Source: Amoeboaphelidium occidentale (lineage: Eukaryota). Taken from it: a stretch of 64,000 nucleotides of DNA. Position numbers and translations under genes: made by a program. The stretch is from the NCBI GenBank assembly GCA_023515795.1, contig JALGPX010000033.1, positions 1-64,000 of the forward strand, read 5' to 3'. The notes under the pieces were generated by a model. The model ran no database searches and had not been told where the DNA came from. It worked only from the letters and a program-made list of their open reading frames with translations. Below, piece by piece: positions 1 to 10,578 of this stretch; positions within the stretch are counted from its first letter, which is position 1, and every line of letters starts with the position of its first letter.

Positions 1-157
1 TCCGCTCACTGTCGCCAAACCGACCGCTTTCTTGACTTGCGAGCGCAGGGGCAACAACAACCGAAATCCGTTAAAATCTCAAAACATTCTGCCCCAATTG
101 TTTTTCTTATCTAAACACAGTTTAGTTTTTTATACTCACAACTTTAAATCGAATTAA

Positions 158-475
<318 letters not shown>

Positions 476-498
476 ATTTGATGACAACTGTGTTCATT

Positions 499-514
499 GG
501 TGTTCTTAAACACC
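499..514 (+). promoter_or_regulatory. Histone 3'-UTR stem-loop (6-bp stem, 4-nt loop)
   Basis: GGTGTT-CTTA-AACACC, 23 nt after the H4 stop. G-C/G-C base pairs, T-A closing pair and T at loop position 3, as in the replication-dependent histone stem-loop. Confidence 0.75.
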
Positions 515-582
515 GTCCTCTACGCTGTGTACTCTATTGGCAGTGTGAAGGAACTAAAATGAAATAAATTTTTAATATACAT

Positions 583-1887
583 TCACTGAAACAAGAACAG
601 TTTTCTCACTTTAATCCGATGCTTCTCTGCGGGTGTTTCACTCTCAGTGACCAGTTCCATACTTTCTAAACCATCAGACTCGCAACGTTTTCGCTTTGAT
701 CTAAGAATCCCTCTAACTGATGAACCTTCTCGATTCAATTCTTCTTGAGAACTGGGAACCCACGAGAAAGTTTTCAAGAGAGCCTTCTCGTTTGTTTCAC
801 TCAGAGTCTTGATTATCTCGTCCTTCTTTTCCTCTGAAACATCTTGTTGGGCTAATATATCTGACTCTACTACAGAAGCTGCAGATTTCCAAGTCAGCAT
901 TTCTGCAAACAGAGAACCTAACGAAGAACTTTTTGGCTCCAACTGGGTCTGCTGCAGCATAGATTCCGAGTTATGCTCTTCTTTGGGTTCTTTAAATTCT
1001 GTAAACGTGTTGATTATCACATCTTGAACACTCTTTGAAGGTCTCCGTAGATCGAATGTTGTGATGTACTTTTCTGGATTGAACTTCACTTTGGAAGATG
1101 ATTGTAATGCATTCTCTCTGACGACGTAGAATTCTCCCTTAGAACCCTGAATGGCTGAATTTGAAGATGATGCACTAAAGTAAATGCTCTCGTTATCTCT
1201 ATCTTCATCGTCGCCGCCGTAATTATCATCATAATTGTGAAATTGATCATCGTTATGATTTCCATCTTGTTTCATCCCTTCAAGACCATAAATATTCGCA
1301 AACTCCTCATCGGTCATCAAAGAATGATTCACGTACTCTTTAGCTGCAGCGGCTATCGTCATACCGGTGATATATCGCATGGGGTTTGTGGAAGATCGAG
1401 TTACCCTTTTGTTCTGTAGCTTTTGTTGTTCAGGCTGCATAACTTCAGCGTCTACCTGTGCAGGGCTAGACAACATGGAATCTACTTCTGAAACAGCATT
1501 AGGCTCAGGAGATCCACCAGAGAAGAGCGCATCATCATGCTTTGTATCATTTGGATCAACAGCTTGTTCAGGCGTTTTATCAGCGGCTGCAACACCAGAA
1601 GTCTGTGAATCTGAGTCTTGAGGTATCCTCTGAGGTGGCGTAGCAAATGCTTCAGGTAAAAAGTATTCCAATTCAATATTTTCATATCCAGAGTTCAGTT
1701 TAGTGTTCTTCTTCGTTATCATCATCCACTCCTTCTGCAATTGCTGTTCCAATTTTAAGAGATCTTTCAGTTCCTTCTGCTTAGCTTTTGAGCTTTTCGG
1801 CTTCTTTGCCTTTGGCTTGACTGTCCTTATCGTCTGACTATCATCGCTCTTACTAGTGATGATGCTCTCAGTATCAGATTTTCTCAT
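583..1887 (-). CDS. Hypothetical low-complexity protein with candidate PP1-docking motifs
   Basis: Long ORF, first ATG at 1887 (MRKSD). Acidic and Ser-rich; contains KVKF (RVxF-like) and RGILR (SILK/GILK-like). Confidence 0.7.
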   Translation of the reverse strand: MRKSDTESIITSKSDDSQTIRTVKPKAKKPKSSKAKQKELKDLLKLEQQLQKEWMMITKKNTKLNSGYENIELEYFLPEAFATPPQRIPQDSDSQTSGVAAADKTPEQAVDPNDTKHDDALFSGGSPEPNAVSEVDSMLSSPAQVDAEVMQPEQQKLQNKRVTRSSTNPMRYITGMTIAAAAKEYVNHSLMTDEEFANIYGLEGMKQDGNHNDDQFHNYDDNYGGDDEDRDNESIYFSASSSNSAIQGSKGEFYVVRENALQSSSKVKFNPEKYITTFDLRRPSKSVQDVIINTFTEFKEPKEEHNSESMLQQTQLEPKSSSLGSLFAEMLTWKSAASVVESDILAQQDVSEEKKDEIIKTLSETNEKALLKTFSWVPSSQEELNREGSSVRGILRSKRKRCESDGLESMELVTESETPAEKHRIKVRKLFLFQ

Positions 1888-1940
1888 CCGACTAGCAGCA
1901 CAAACTGAAAAGGAAATAACACAATAACGGGTTAATATAT

Positions 1941-2999
1941 TCAAAAGTTTCCCATGAATTCATTAAAAATTTCCTTTCTTCTTTGGGCGTCTCGCACTTG
2001 TTCATAACGGTGATCTTTCTTTAACACGCTTTTGGCTTCCTTCCACTCCATGTCTTTGTTTCCGAATGATTCTTCTAACATCTGCCGGAATTCGTTTTCT
2101 GTTCTTTCTCTTGTAGCTTTGATGTATTCCTTGAATAGCTTTTCTCGCTGTCTATGCTCAATGCGTATGAACCACGTTTCTTTCTTGTGTTTCAGTTGAA
2201 ATTCTTCCCATCGCATATCAAAGTTAAATTGGATGATATCCTTCAATTTGTCAATGTACTCCTCTTCAAATGACTTCTTCTTTTCTTCCACGGGTTTCGT
2301 AGGAACCAGCGAGGCGCAGAAATCTTCAAATAACATTTTACGTCGCTTTGGGTCTTCTACTAAATGGAAACGATCATCTTTAGCCAAGACCTTCTGAATA
2401 TCTGCAGAATAGAATGAAACAGCAGTTATTGCTTTAGTATCTTTTAATAGGCTAAGGAACTGTTCTTCGCGTTCTTCCATCGAAGGCCCTGTAACCTCTT
2501 CATGGTCTTGCTCAGAAAACTGATATTCCAGATCGCTTTCTCCAAACTCGTAATCGTCCTCTTCTGCGGGATTGCTTCCCACAGCATGTACGTGAACAAT
2601 TTCAGCTTGTGCTTCTTGTGATATATCGTGCTCCAACGCTTCCTTAACTTCTTTGTTCCGTATCGATAAGATTTCATTAACAATTTCCTCTGGACAGTCC
2701 CATTGACTCTGCTTCGTGACTAAATTAAACCAAAAATGGTTTTCCAAATTCGTGACTACGCATGCCCATTTCGTTGCGCCCACTTTGCGCATTCCTATCG
2801 GAACCTGAACACGATGTAACTTCTTCACCGCATTCTCATAGTCTTTGACTTCTTGCGGTTTCTTGAAGGAAGTTTGCTTTGTAAGTGTATTGAAATAGTA
2901 AGTCTTTGACTCTGGTGCTGGTGTCTTCAAGGATACCCAAAAGTTTATTCTGTCGCTCTTTGCCTCGTTATGATCATCGTCGTCGTGAAATCTGCTCAT
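1941..2999 (-). CDS. WW + FF domain protein (TCERG1/CA150, Dre4/Urn1-like)
   Basis: Two WW-like domains (W...TYYFNTLTKQTSF.KP; W...HFWFNLVTKQSQWDCP) followed by FF repeats (F.SLL...DDRF...RKMLFEDF; DHRY...RKEIFNEF). Confidence 0.85.
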   Translation of the reverse strand: MSRFHDDDDHNEAKSDRINFWVSLKTPAPESKTYYFNTLTKQTSFKKPQEVKDYENAVKKLHRVQVPIGMRKVGATKWACVVTNLENHFWFNLVTKQSQWDCPEEIVNEILSIRNKEVKEALEHDISQEAQAEIVHVHAVGSNPAEEDDYEFGESDLEYQFSEQDHEEVTGPSMEEREEQFLSLLKDTKAITAVSFYSADIQKVLAKDDRFHLVEDPKRRKMLFEDFCASLVPTKPVEEKKKSFEEEYIDKLKDIIQFNFDMRWEEFQLKHKKETWFIRIEHRQREKLFKEYIKATRERTENEFRQMLEESFGNKDMEWKEAKSVLKKDHRYEQVRDAQRRKEIFNEFMGNF

Positions 3000-3301
3000 C
3001 GTTTCAAAAAGAAGAAAGAATGTAATATCAATAGATTCAGAGCAAACGGCTGCGTGTTCAAGATAGTTTTGGCCTGTTTCCGCAAGTTAACGCTGAGTGT
3101 CTAACGGATGTAACTTCATGGCTTCGTGTAAACAGGCATAGGCCAATCAGAACTTGAGTATCATTATCGACCAATACAATTTCACAATTACACGACTCTA
3201 ACTGCAGTGTACGACGTCTTACAGACCAATCAACGCTTGGAGAATACGCTTTCAGTCACACAAGACCGGAACTCGACTTTTTTCACTAAACAAGTTCTTA
3301 C

Positions 3302-3940
3302 ATGACTAGTTCTGGTAATGGTATCAATGGTGATAGCGTGGGGCACAATCTGGGAAGTGCCAGCATTCAAGATTTACAGCAACAAGGGTCTATGGGGCGT
3401 GTCAGTCAGAAGGTGCTTGAAGCAAGAAGAAAACAGCGACGAACGTTGCCGCATTCCGTGTCAACGTATCTGAAACAATGGTTACAAGAAAACAGAAGCC
3501 ACCCGTATCCAACGGAAGAACAGAAAATGCAGTGGTCCAAACAGTTTGATATGACATTGGTGCAAGTGAACAACTGGTTTGTTAATGCTAGAAGAAGGTA
3601 TCTTGATAAACTGAACGCAGGCCGCGAACGGGTTCCTCCAATGCACACTCCACCTGCTACAATGGATCGTCACGGTGATGTTCTGCCTCCGATTTCGATT
3701 ATTTCTCCTAGATCTCAAGGCCCACAAAGCAATCTTCTCAGACTTTATGATCGCACAGACTCTTACTCACAAGGATCTTCAAACTCAGATGTCACAGATT
3801 ACTGCTCATTGCCTCAGCCATCTGCTACCCCATCACCAAGAGATCTTGCTGATCATCGAGTGAGAAGTTTCTCAGAACCTAATACGCTTGAAACACCTAT
3901 CAAGAGAAGAAGGCTATCCGTTAAAGATTTGATTAATTGA
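3302..3940 (+). CDS. TALE-class homeodomain transcription factor 1
   Basis: LKQWL.E...HPYPTEEQK...QVNNWFVNARRR; the PYP three-residue loop extension is diagnostic of TALE. Confidence 0.92.
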   Translation: MTSSGNGINGDSVGHNLGSASIQDLQQQGSMGRVSQKVLEARRKQRRTLPHSVSTYLKQWLQENRSHPYPTEEQKMQWSKQFDMTLVQVNNWFVNARRRYLDKLNAGRERVPPMHTPPATMDRHGDVLPPISIISPRSQGPQSNLLRLYDRTDSYSQGSSNSDVTDYCSLPQPSATPSPRDLADHRVRSFSEPNTLETPIKRRRLSVKDLIN

Positions 3941-4054
3941 AAAGGATTTCATACATCAATTCAAAACAATACCAAACAACTCTTTATGTTTTTATTAGCC
4001 TCTATCAGTGGCTTTGTACATCAATAAATGCGTTTTACTCTGAATAGCAACCTC

Positions 4055-4858
4055 TTACGCTTCAATATCAATTGGTGCAGTTTTCTTCGCAGAAAGTACG
4101 CACCTGAAAATGATAAATGTCACAACTTCCAATACGCCAATGGTTCCACCAATTGTATTCACAACCCATATCCAGTAATTCTGTTTCAGTATGCCGTAAA
4201 TTGCCCAAAAGAAACCATTCAATGAAGTTGTAACACTCAATGGCAAAAACAAGTATGCTACGTTTCTTGTCTTGATAACTTTGTAAATTGTTAGCAGAGG
4301 AAACGTGTAGAAGCTTATCAGTATGACATTTGCAAAGATGGCCAGCGGTAATGAAAGCGAAAGTGTGTCCTGAATCGAGAAATACACACAAAGGAATAAG
4401 CTAAGCAGTAACAATGGCGTAACAGCAGTAAGAACAATGAGACCAGTTTTGACTTGACGTACGAACTCACTGTCACTCCAGTCTAATATCTCAGCAGATG
4501 AGACTTGATCTTCAACAACAGAGACAGTATCACGTTTCGCCACTTCGACCTCAAAATCTGACGTAATCCGGGTAAGCTCTTCTGGTGCAGCGTTTCTGGA
4601 AAGCCTTTTTTTGGTTTGCTTCACAATATATGCGCTAAAACCCAGCAAACCAACAAATAGTCCGTAGAGATTAGGCCAAAACAGTAATGCATCTCTCGTG
4701 GCAGTAGCGTAAAAGATCCATGCAATAGTATTAACAATTATCAGCGCGATGGGCACAATGCTAAAGTAAGGCTTGAGCTTGAAAATCCCAAAGAGCGGAG
4801 AAGTGAATAATACAGCTGCACAGATACCACCCAGAATTGGGAAAGCAAGCTCTGACAT
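4055..4858 (-). CDS. SWEET (MtN3/saliva) sugar transporter
   Basis: Likely start 4858 (MSELAFPILG). Two MtN3 repeats (LFTSPL...NTIAWIFY...PNLYG; FYTFPL.TIYKVIKTRNV...FWAIYG...VNTIG), about 7 TM. Confidence 0.88.
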   Translation of the reverse strand: MSELAFPILGGICAAVLFTSPLFGIFKLKPYFSIVPIALIIVNTIAWIFYATATRDALLFWPNLYGLFVGLLGFSAYIVKQTKKRLSRNAAPEELTRITSDFEVEVAKRDTVSVVEDQVSSAEILDWSDSEFVRQVKTGLIVLTAVTPLLLLSLFLCVYFSIQDTLSLSLPLAIFANVILISFYTFPLLTIYKVIKTRNVAYLFLPLSVTTSLNGFFWAIYGILKQNYWIWVVNTIGGTIGVLEVVTFIIFRCVLSAKKTAPIDIEA

Positions 4859-5110
4859 GCAGCAACGATTATTTTTGGAAAGAAAAACAACTAGATCTGC
4901 ACTTCGAAGAAACGCGGTAGTTGTACGTGATTCAAGGTAACAAGGATTGAAGTTGTAGCGCTGTAACACAAGGCTGAAACGGTTGGACCAATTACCTTGC
5001 TGTTTCACAGCCAGCAAATTTCTAGACCAATCACAAGTCCCTTGAAGTCCACAAGTATCCCAAAGTTGCACGGGATTCATTTTCACAACCGTAATATAAC
5101 TTACATCTTT

Positions 5111-5929
5111 ATGTTCTCCGAACAAGCTTTACATGATCCTAAAAAAGGGCAGCAAAATGCAAAGTTAGGGTCTTTGCCTTCCTTGAGTGCCTTATCGCAA
5201 ACTTCTACTAACAAAGAAGCAACACCGCTTTGTTTAGCTTCAGTTCACAGTATCAGTGGCCCAGCATCACAAATACCAAGTTTAGCTTCGATATCGCTTC
5301 AGATGCTATCAACGCATGATAGTCGTGATTTGTCGCGGGAGACAAGTGAGATCCCGCCACTTAAAGCGCTTTCAACTTCAATGGGATACAATTCTACATT
5401 CAACATGCAAAATCCTGCACCAGCTATGAATACTACGGATGGTTTAATGGTGTTATCACGATGTTCTTCGATCGTTTCCCCAGTTGCACAATTGAACAAC
5501 TCTCAATTTTACAGCGCGCAACCTTTAAGAGCAAGATCTGTTAGTTCAAACGAAGGCGAAAGTCATTCACAGATGGCTCGGCGACGCAATCGCTCAAAGA
5601 AATACAAAATATTGTCTGTAGCAGCAACCCAATACTTAAAACAATGGATGAAAAAGAACTATGAGCATCCATATCCCTCAAAGGAAGAAAAGGATTTCAT
5701 TTCCAAACATTTTGATATGACTATGGCGCAAGTTAATAATTGGTTCGTGAATGCAAGAAGAAAGGTTGATGCCCACATTAAACAAAGTAGATTTCTACGA
5801 AACAACGAAGGTGAAGAATACTTGCCTCAAACTGGACCTTATTCTCCATCAGTTTCAGTATCTCCATCTCTTACGGCCTCAGATGACGGACGAGACCGAA
5901 GACACGATCTCAAATTCCTTATTTATTAA
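5111..5929 (+). CDS. TALE-class homeodomain transcription factor 2
   Basis: First ATG at 5111; YLKQWM..N..HPYPSKEEK...QVNNWFVNARRK. Confidence 0.92.
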   Translation: MFSEQALHDPKKGQQNAKLGSLPSLSALSQTSTNKEATPLCLASVHSISGPASQIPSLASISLQMLSTHDSRDLSRETSEIPPLKALSTSMGYNSTFNMQNPAPAMNTTDGLMVLSRCSSIVSPVAQLNNSQFYSAQPLRARSVSSNEGESHSQMARRRNRSKKYKILSVAATQYLKQWMKKNYEHPYPSKEEKDFISKHFDMTMAQVNNWFVNARRKVDAHIKQSRFLRNNEGEEYLPQTGPYSPSVSVSPSLTASDDGRDRRHDLKFLIY

Positions 5930-6321
5930 GCTGCAAAGACATGAAGTCAGCAAATTTTCGTAGACTGTTTCTATTTTTGTTTTTATAATGAAAGTCCTTG
6001 GGTTTTATCAGTTTATGAACGTTACATGGTTTAATCGTTTGGATCTATCGAAACATTAAGCTCCTATGTATGGATCTTCGTTGTGAATGCAAAAATGGAT
6101 GAGATTGCTCCATCGTAATATATAGGAATATCTCCGCTAATGATGTTGAGACTAAGAGGTGATAAAGATTGGATTCTAATCGTGGAAATTCAGCTGTCAA
6201 TCGTGAACGTTCTGGAGGAAGGGGCAGTCTCGAATCAATCGATTTTTCAACTCTTTCCAGAAACCCCAATTAAGCTGCCCCCTTTGAAAATCAAAACTAA
6301 TCAAGCGCAACTAAGATTACT

Positions 6322-8652
6322 ATGGTAGTTAGTATAAAACATTTATTCTTTGTGCTTTTCGTTCTGTTAGGCAGGAATGCCGCTTTGTTAATAAGAGCCA
6401 AGGATCAAGTGGAGCAACAACTGAAAGCCGAAAGCGACGGCGTCGGCAACGAGTACAGTCCCACGGCTTTTCTGGTGGACTCTCTGGAGAACGCAGATCA
6501 GTACGATGATGAAGGCGATGAGATTTCTATTAGTGGCTACGAGCCAATACAAGTGAACTCTGAGGAACAGTCAAGCAAAGTTGGAGCCAATGGAAAAAGC
6601 AAAGATTCCAAGAGCGATGGAGATGATGGAGTATCGGAATGGCTCAGTTTCTTCAATGGTCCAGATTCTTCATGGGAGTATCCTTATCCAAAGGATGACG
6701 GTCTTCAGCAGATTGTGGGGTTCTCTTATTGCAAACAGCTCAACTTGGCCGTGTTCGACGTCGATGCTCCTATGAATGCTCTCATAGTTGAAGCTATTCT
6801 CGAACTGGAAGACTCAGAGAATGAAAGGTCAAAGAATGGTGGGTTACTGCGCCAATTGGTAATGCACAAGAAGTTGGCTCGAATGTTCTCACCGACTATT
6901 GATCCTGACTCCTTACCAAAGTTTATGAAATCAACAGATAAGGGCAAAAGCTCTATTTTGAATGATACATTTACGCCAGATGGTGATAAGGATGATCCTA
7001 CCAGCTCTATTCCTAAGATCACAATTCGACAATTGGGGCATCAGAATTTTGTCAAGCTTATCGATGCTGTTGCTGAATTACTATTTCATGCTGTCGTGTC
7101 AAAGTACAAACTAATGCCTTTGGAGAAGAACAACATTTTCGATTCTTTTATTAGGAGTCCAGTTGATTCGAATGCTGAAGCCAAGCGGTTTAGTTGTTTT
7201 ATGGCTGCTGATGGTCACAATGACTGGGTTCAGTTAACGATACTCAAGCAGAAGCTTCTGCGATTTGTTGAAGGTCGCTTATACTTTGACAATGAAATCA
7301 GGTATCAATGGCTTGACATGGGCTTGGTTCAGAAAGAAGCTCGGCAAATGCACCGACAATGGGCACAATGTCGCGAAGGCTGTAAACCAGTGGAAAATGA
7401 GCCTGAACAGCAGCCATTATCTACAGTCTCCGCTGACAAGCTATCTGACTATTTCGGTTTCAGAAAGTTTATCACGGCGATAAAGAATAACAAAAAAGGC
7501 GCAGACTCTGAACAAGACTACGTAAAAGTTTCTCCAGTAAGTCCTCATGAAGTCAAGCCTCACAAGCTGGCATACTTTCTTTTGGTGCACAAGGATTATG
7601 ACAACGTAGTCAGTTTGTTGGAATCTATAGTGGATCCTTATGTCACAATACTAATTCACGTTGATGGAAAGTCACCGTCACTGAAAAAGCAGCTTCTGGA
7701 ACTCTTATCTAAAAAAGCACAAGAGGATGAGAATTATAAACGCGTGCGGATTATGAAACGAAGTTTCTGTGGGGTATGGGGTCACTCCACGTTGGTTTTT
7801 GCGCAACTAGCTGGCTTCTTTGAGCTTATGAGCATGAATACCGAATGGGAATATGTTATTAACTTGAGTGGTCATGATTATCCATTGAGAATGAATGATG
7901 TTATTTACAAAGATTTGAAAGCTAATGGAGTCACCAATTACATCGAACATTGGAACTCTATGGATGGTAATTTTTTTAGATAGGAGCTCGCTAATCTTTT
8001 AGCTATTGAACGTGTTAATGATCAGCCAAACCTGTTGTCCACTTCAAATATAGCTGGACAGCCTATGGATGTTGATGAAGACTTGGATATTTATGATATC
8101 TTGCCTGAAGGAGACAAGACCAAACAAATACCGCAAGAAGTTCTCTCTGAGATTACTCAAGTACTCAAAACACAGAAGCTAGGAAAACTTTCCTTTCCAT
8201 TTTCTCACTGGCCAGTTTATAAGCACCATCAGTGGATGATTCTCCATCGTTCTTTTGTGGAGCATATGAGATATTCTCCTACTGCAATTTACCTCGCTGC
8301 ATTCATGGAATTCGCCGTGATTCCTGACGAGAGTTATTTCGCCACTCTTTTACGGAATTCCCCAATAGGTCCAACGAATTCTGGATCAAATGCCGCATAT
8401 GGCAAAAGCAAAATTACAAATGATTTTAAAAGGTTTTTGGTATTCCTTCCTGGAGCTATTCATCCAAGATGGATTACTGAGACTGATTTGGGGGTTCTAG
8501 TTGATGCCGTAGAACGAGGGAAAGCATTCACTAGAAAAATTAATGTCGGAGGTAAAAAGGGAGAATCTTTAAGAAAGGGCATTGAACGCATAAGAGCATG
8601 GGACTGGAATCGGACTTTTGGTAAAGAGTCAAATCTAAAGCTTACTGTTTGA
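6322..8652 (+). CDS. GT14 core-2/I-branching or xylosyltransferase-like glycosyltransferase (intron 7967-8002)
   Basis: N-terminal signal/anchor; KLAYFLLVHK, ILIHVDGKS, WG.STLV, WEYVINLSGHDYPL, QWMILHRSFVE, IPDESYFAT. A 36-nt GT-AG intron joins the two ORFs in frame. Confidence 0.88.
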
Positions 8653-8712
8653 GGTTTACTCTGAATAGATTTTTGCTATCAAGGCCTCCAATCCTATGAA
8701 ACTGTCTCAACA

Positions 8713-9294
8713 ATGATTGTTCAACTACCAACTGAGATAATTCTCGAGATATTTGGTCACCTAGATGTGGCGAGTATGGCTGCAATGATAAAAGCGTTTC
8801 CAGAACTAGGAGATATCGCGATTAATGTCATACAAAACAAGTTACGCGTTGATATGAAACAACGATGGGATATGAACGCCTTAAAAGTTCGTTTCGATGT
8901 CAATGCTGAGCATTTCTGGCAAGGTCGACTAATGCCGGAATACCTCGCGTTTCATCGAGCACATTCGCGTAAGGATCCAATGTGGCTATCCTTCGATCCT
9001 ATGTTTGATGAAGGAAGTTTCTATGTTCCTAACAAGAGGAGTAAAGATGGCTTGAGCATGCGCATATGCGACCAACTTACGAATACCGCTCAAGCTCAAC
9101 ATGAAACTTTGTTGGAAGGGTCTTGTTGGAAGATTTCGAAATTTTCGGTTTACGACAGTGATGAAGAATCTAGTCTTGCTGTCATTTGTAAGGTATCCTT
9201 AAGGATCGATGCTGTTGTGAAGTTGCTTTACGGGGTGAAAATTGATCAATGTGTGGAGAACTCGTTGTCACAACATAGCAACGCGAACATTTGA
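8713..9294 (+). CDS. F-box protein
   Basis: N-terminal LPTEIILEIFGHLD F-box signature. Confidence 0.75.
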   Translation: MIVQLPTEIILEIFGHLDVASMAAMIKAFPELGDIAINVIQNKLRVDMKQRWDMNALKVRFDVNAEHFWQGRLMPEYLAFHRAHSRKDPMWLSFDPMFDEGSFYVPNKRSKDGLSMRICDQLTNTAQAQHETLLEGSCWKISKFSVYDSDEESSLAVICKVSLRIDAVVKLLYGVKIDQCVENSLSQHSNANI

Positions 9295-9315
9295 TATTCT
9301 TGGTAATCTCGTAGA

Positions 9316-9768
9316 ATGCTCAAGAGCGATTCTTCAATATCATGGCAAAGGAAGGGTCGAAGGACCATCCATGAAAATGTCATGGTTTACGACCCTTATA
9401 GCAGCACCTATGGTTTCTTGAAGAACGAAAAGATCACAACCGACCCATTGTTTAGAGTCAAGTTCAAGAGGTTCTTCGGTGATGATCAGATGAGTGATTT
9501 GGATGAGGATTTGAATGAGTTCCCACAGGAGGCGATATCATCTCCAGATGTGGAGGAAGTGAGAGATGAAACCGAAGAGAGGCGAACCACATGTGATGCG
9601 AGCACACAGACAGATGATCAACCTACTCAGACCTCAGAGATCCATTCAGTAGAGCCAAGTAGCATTTCTATGGATCTGGAGTCGATTCTAGCAATGCGAG
9701 AAGCTTTGAAGATACTGATGCAAGAAAAGATTGATAACGACGTCAATTTGATACTTTCATCAGTTTAA
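9316..9768 (+). CDS. Hypothetical protein with LC8-binding-like TQT motif
   Basis: ATG-initiated 150-aa ORF, acidic, contains CDASTQTD. Confidence 0.6.
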   Translation: MLKSDSSISWQRKGRRTIHENVMVYDPYSSTYGFLKNEKITTDPLFRVKFKRFFGDDQMSDLDEDLNEFPQEAISSPDVEEVRDETEERRTTCDASTQTDDQPTQTSEIHSVEPSSISMDLESILAMREALKILMQEKIDNDVNLILSSV

Positions 9769-9981
9769 TTTCAATTTGAAACAATAGACTTTTAAAATTA
9801 AGTTTCTGTGCATGATTTGAAGGTAGAAGTGTTTCTCGTGAACGCCTGAGAAGACTAATTGATCAAAGGTGCATGACATTCCTCAAACAGCTTACTCTCT
9901 ACTCAAAGTCCACACATGACGAATTACCTCATGGAAAGATGCATTAATAATTTGCAGTTTTATTTTTTTTGAATACAAATA

Positions 9982-10578
9982 TTAGTTTAATAGAAAACTT
10001 ATAGAAGTCTTGCGTTTAGACGAGACTAAAGCGCTTGTTTTAGCTTCAGACGCGTGAGATTCTTGGTTTGGACTGTAGCAATACGGCACAAGCTGTTCAA
10101 AAGATTTTCGATTGAAAAAGTATGGGCTTCTTGTGTTGCCTTGATAAATACCTGGTGAGTAGAGAGGATTCTGAGAGAAAGGACAAGGTGATCGGGGTTG
10201 TGCATATCGCGATGAAACAGGAGTAGTCGGGCTCAAGTTGTTGTTCCTTAGCTTCTTTACGTATCTTCTCCGTGCATTGACAAACCAGCAATTAACTTGT
10301 TGAAGTGATATACCCAGTTGATACGACATGCAGCGTTTCACTCGCTCTGAGGGGTACGGATAATTGATATTCGCGTCTAACCAAGCTCTCATAATTTCAA
10401 CTGCAGATGCAGGTAGTTTGTCTCGCTTGTACTTGTCAGCATTGACAACATCACTGCTCGAAGAACTGCTAGCTGAAACAGGCGTTGTTGGCTCGTAAAC
10501 TTCAGCCTCGATGATCAAGGGGTGTGGCTTGGATACGGCTGTCTTCAATTTGATGAAATTGGCCGTGTTATCTGTCAT
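9982..10578 (-). CDS. TALE-class homeodomain transcription factor 3
   Basis: KRDKLP..AVEIMRAWL..N.NYPYPSE...QVNCWFVNARRR. Confidence 0.92.
   Translation of the reverse strand: MTDNTANFIKLKTAVSKPHPLIIEAEVYEPTTPVSASSSSSSDVVNADKYKRDKLPASAVEIMRAWLDANINYPYPSERVKRCMSYQLGISLQQVNCWFVNARRRYVKKLRNNNLSPTTPVSSRYAQPRSPCPFSQNPLYSPGIYQGNTRSPYFFNRKSFEQLVPYCYSPNQESHASEAKTSALVSSKRKTSISFLLN

Noticed and set aside
5930..6321. RNase P/MRP RNA or other structured RNA (GAAAGTCC, GGAAATTC, AAGGGGCAG/CTGCCCCCTT inverted repeat)
   Set aside because: The CR-I-like and CR-V-like words lie on incompatible strands and I could not form a P4 helix; an Infernal scan would be needed to revive this.
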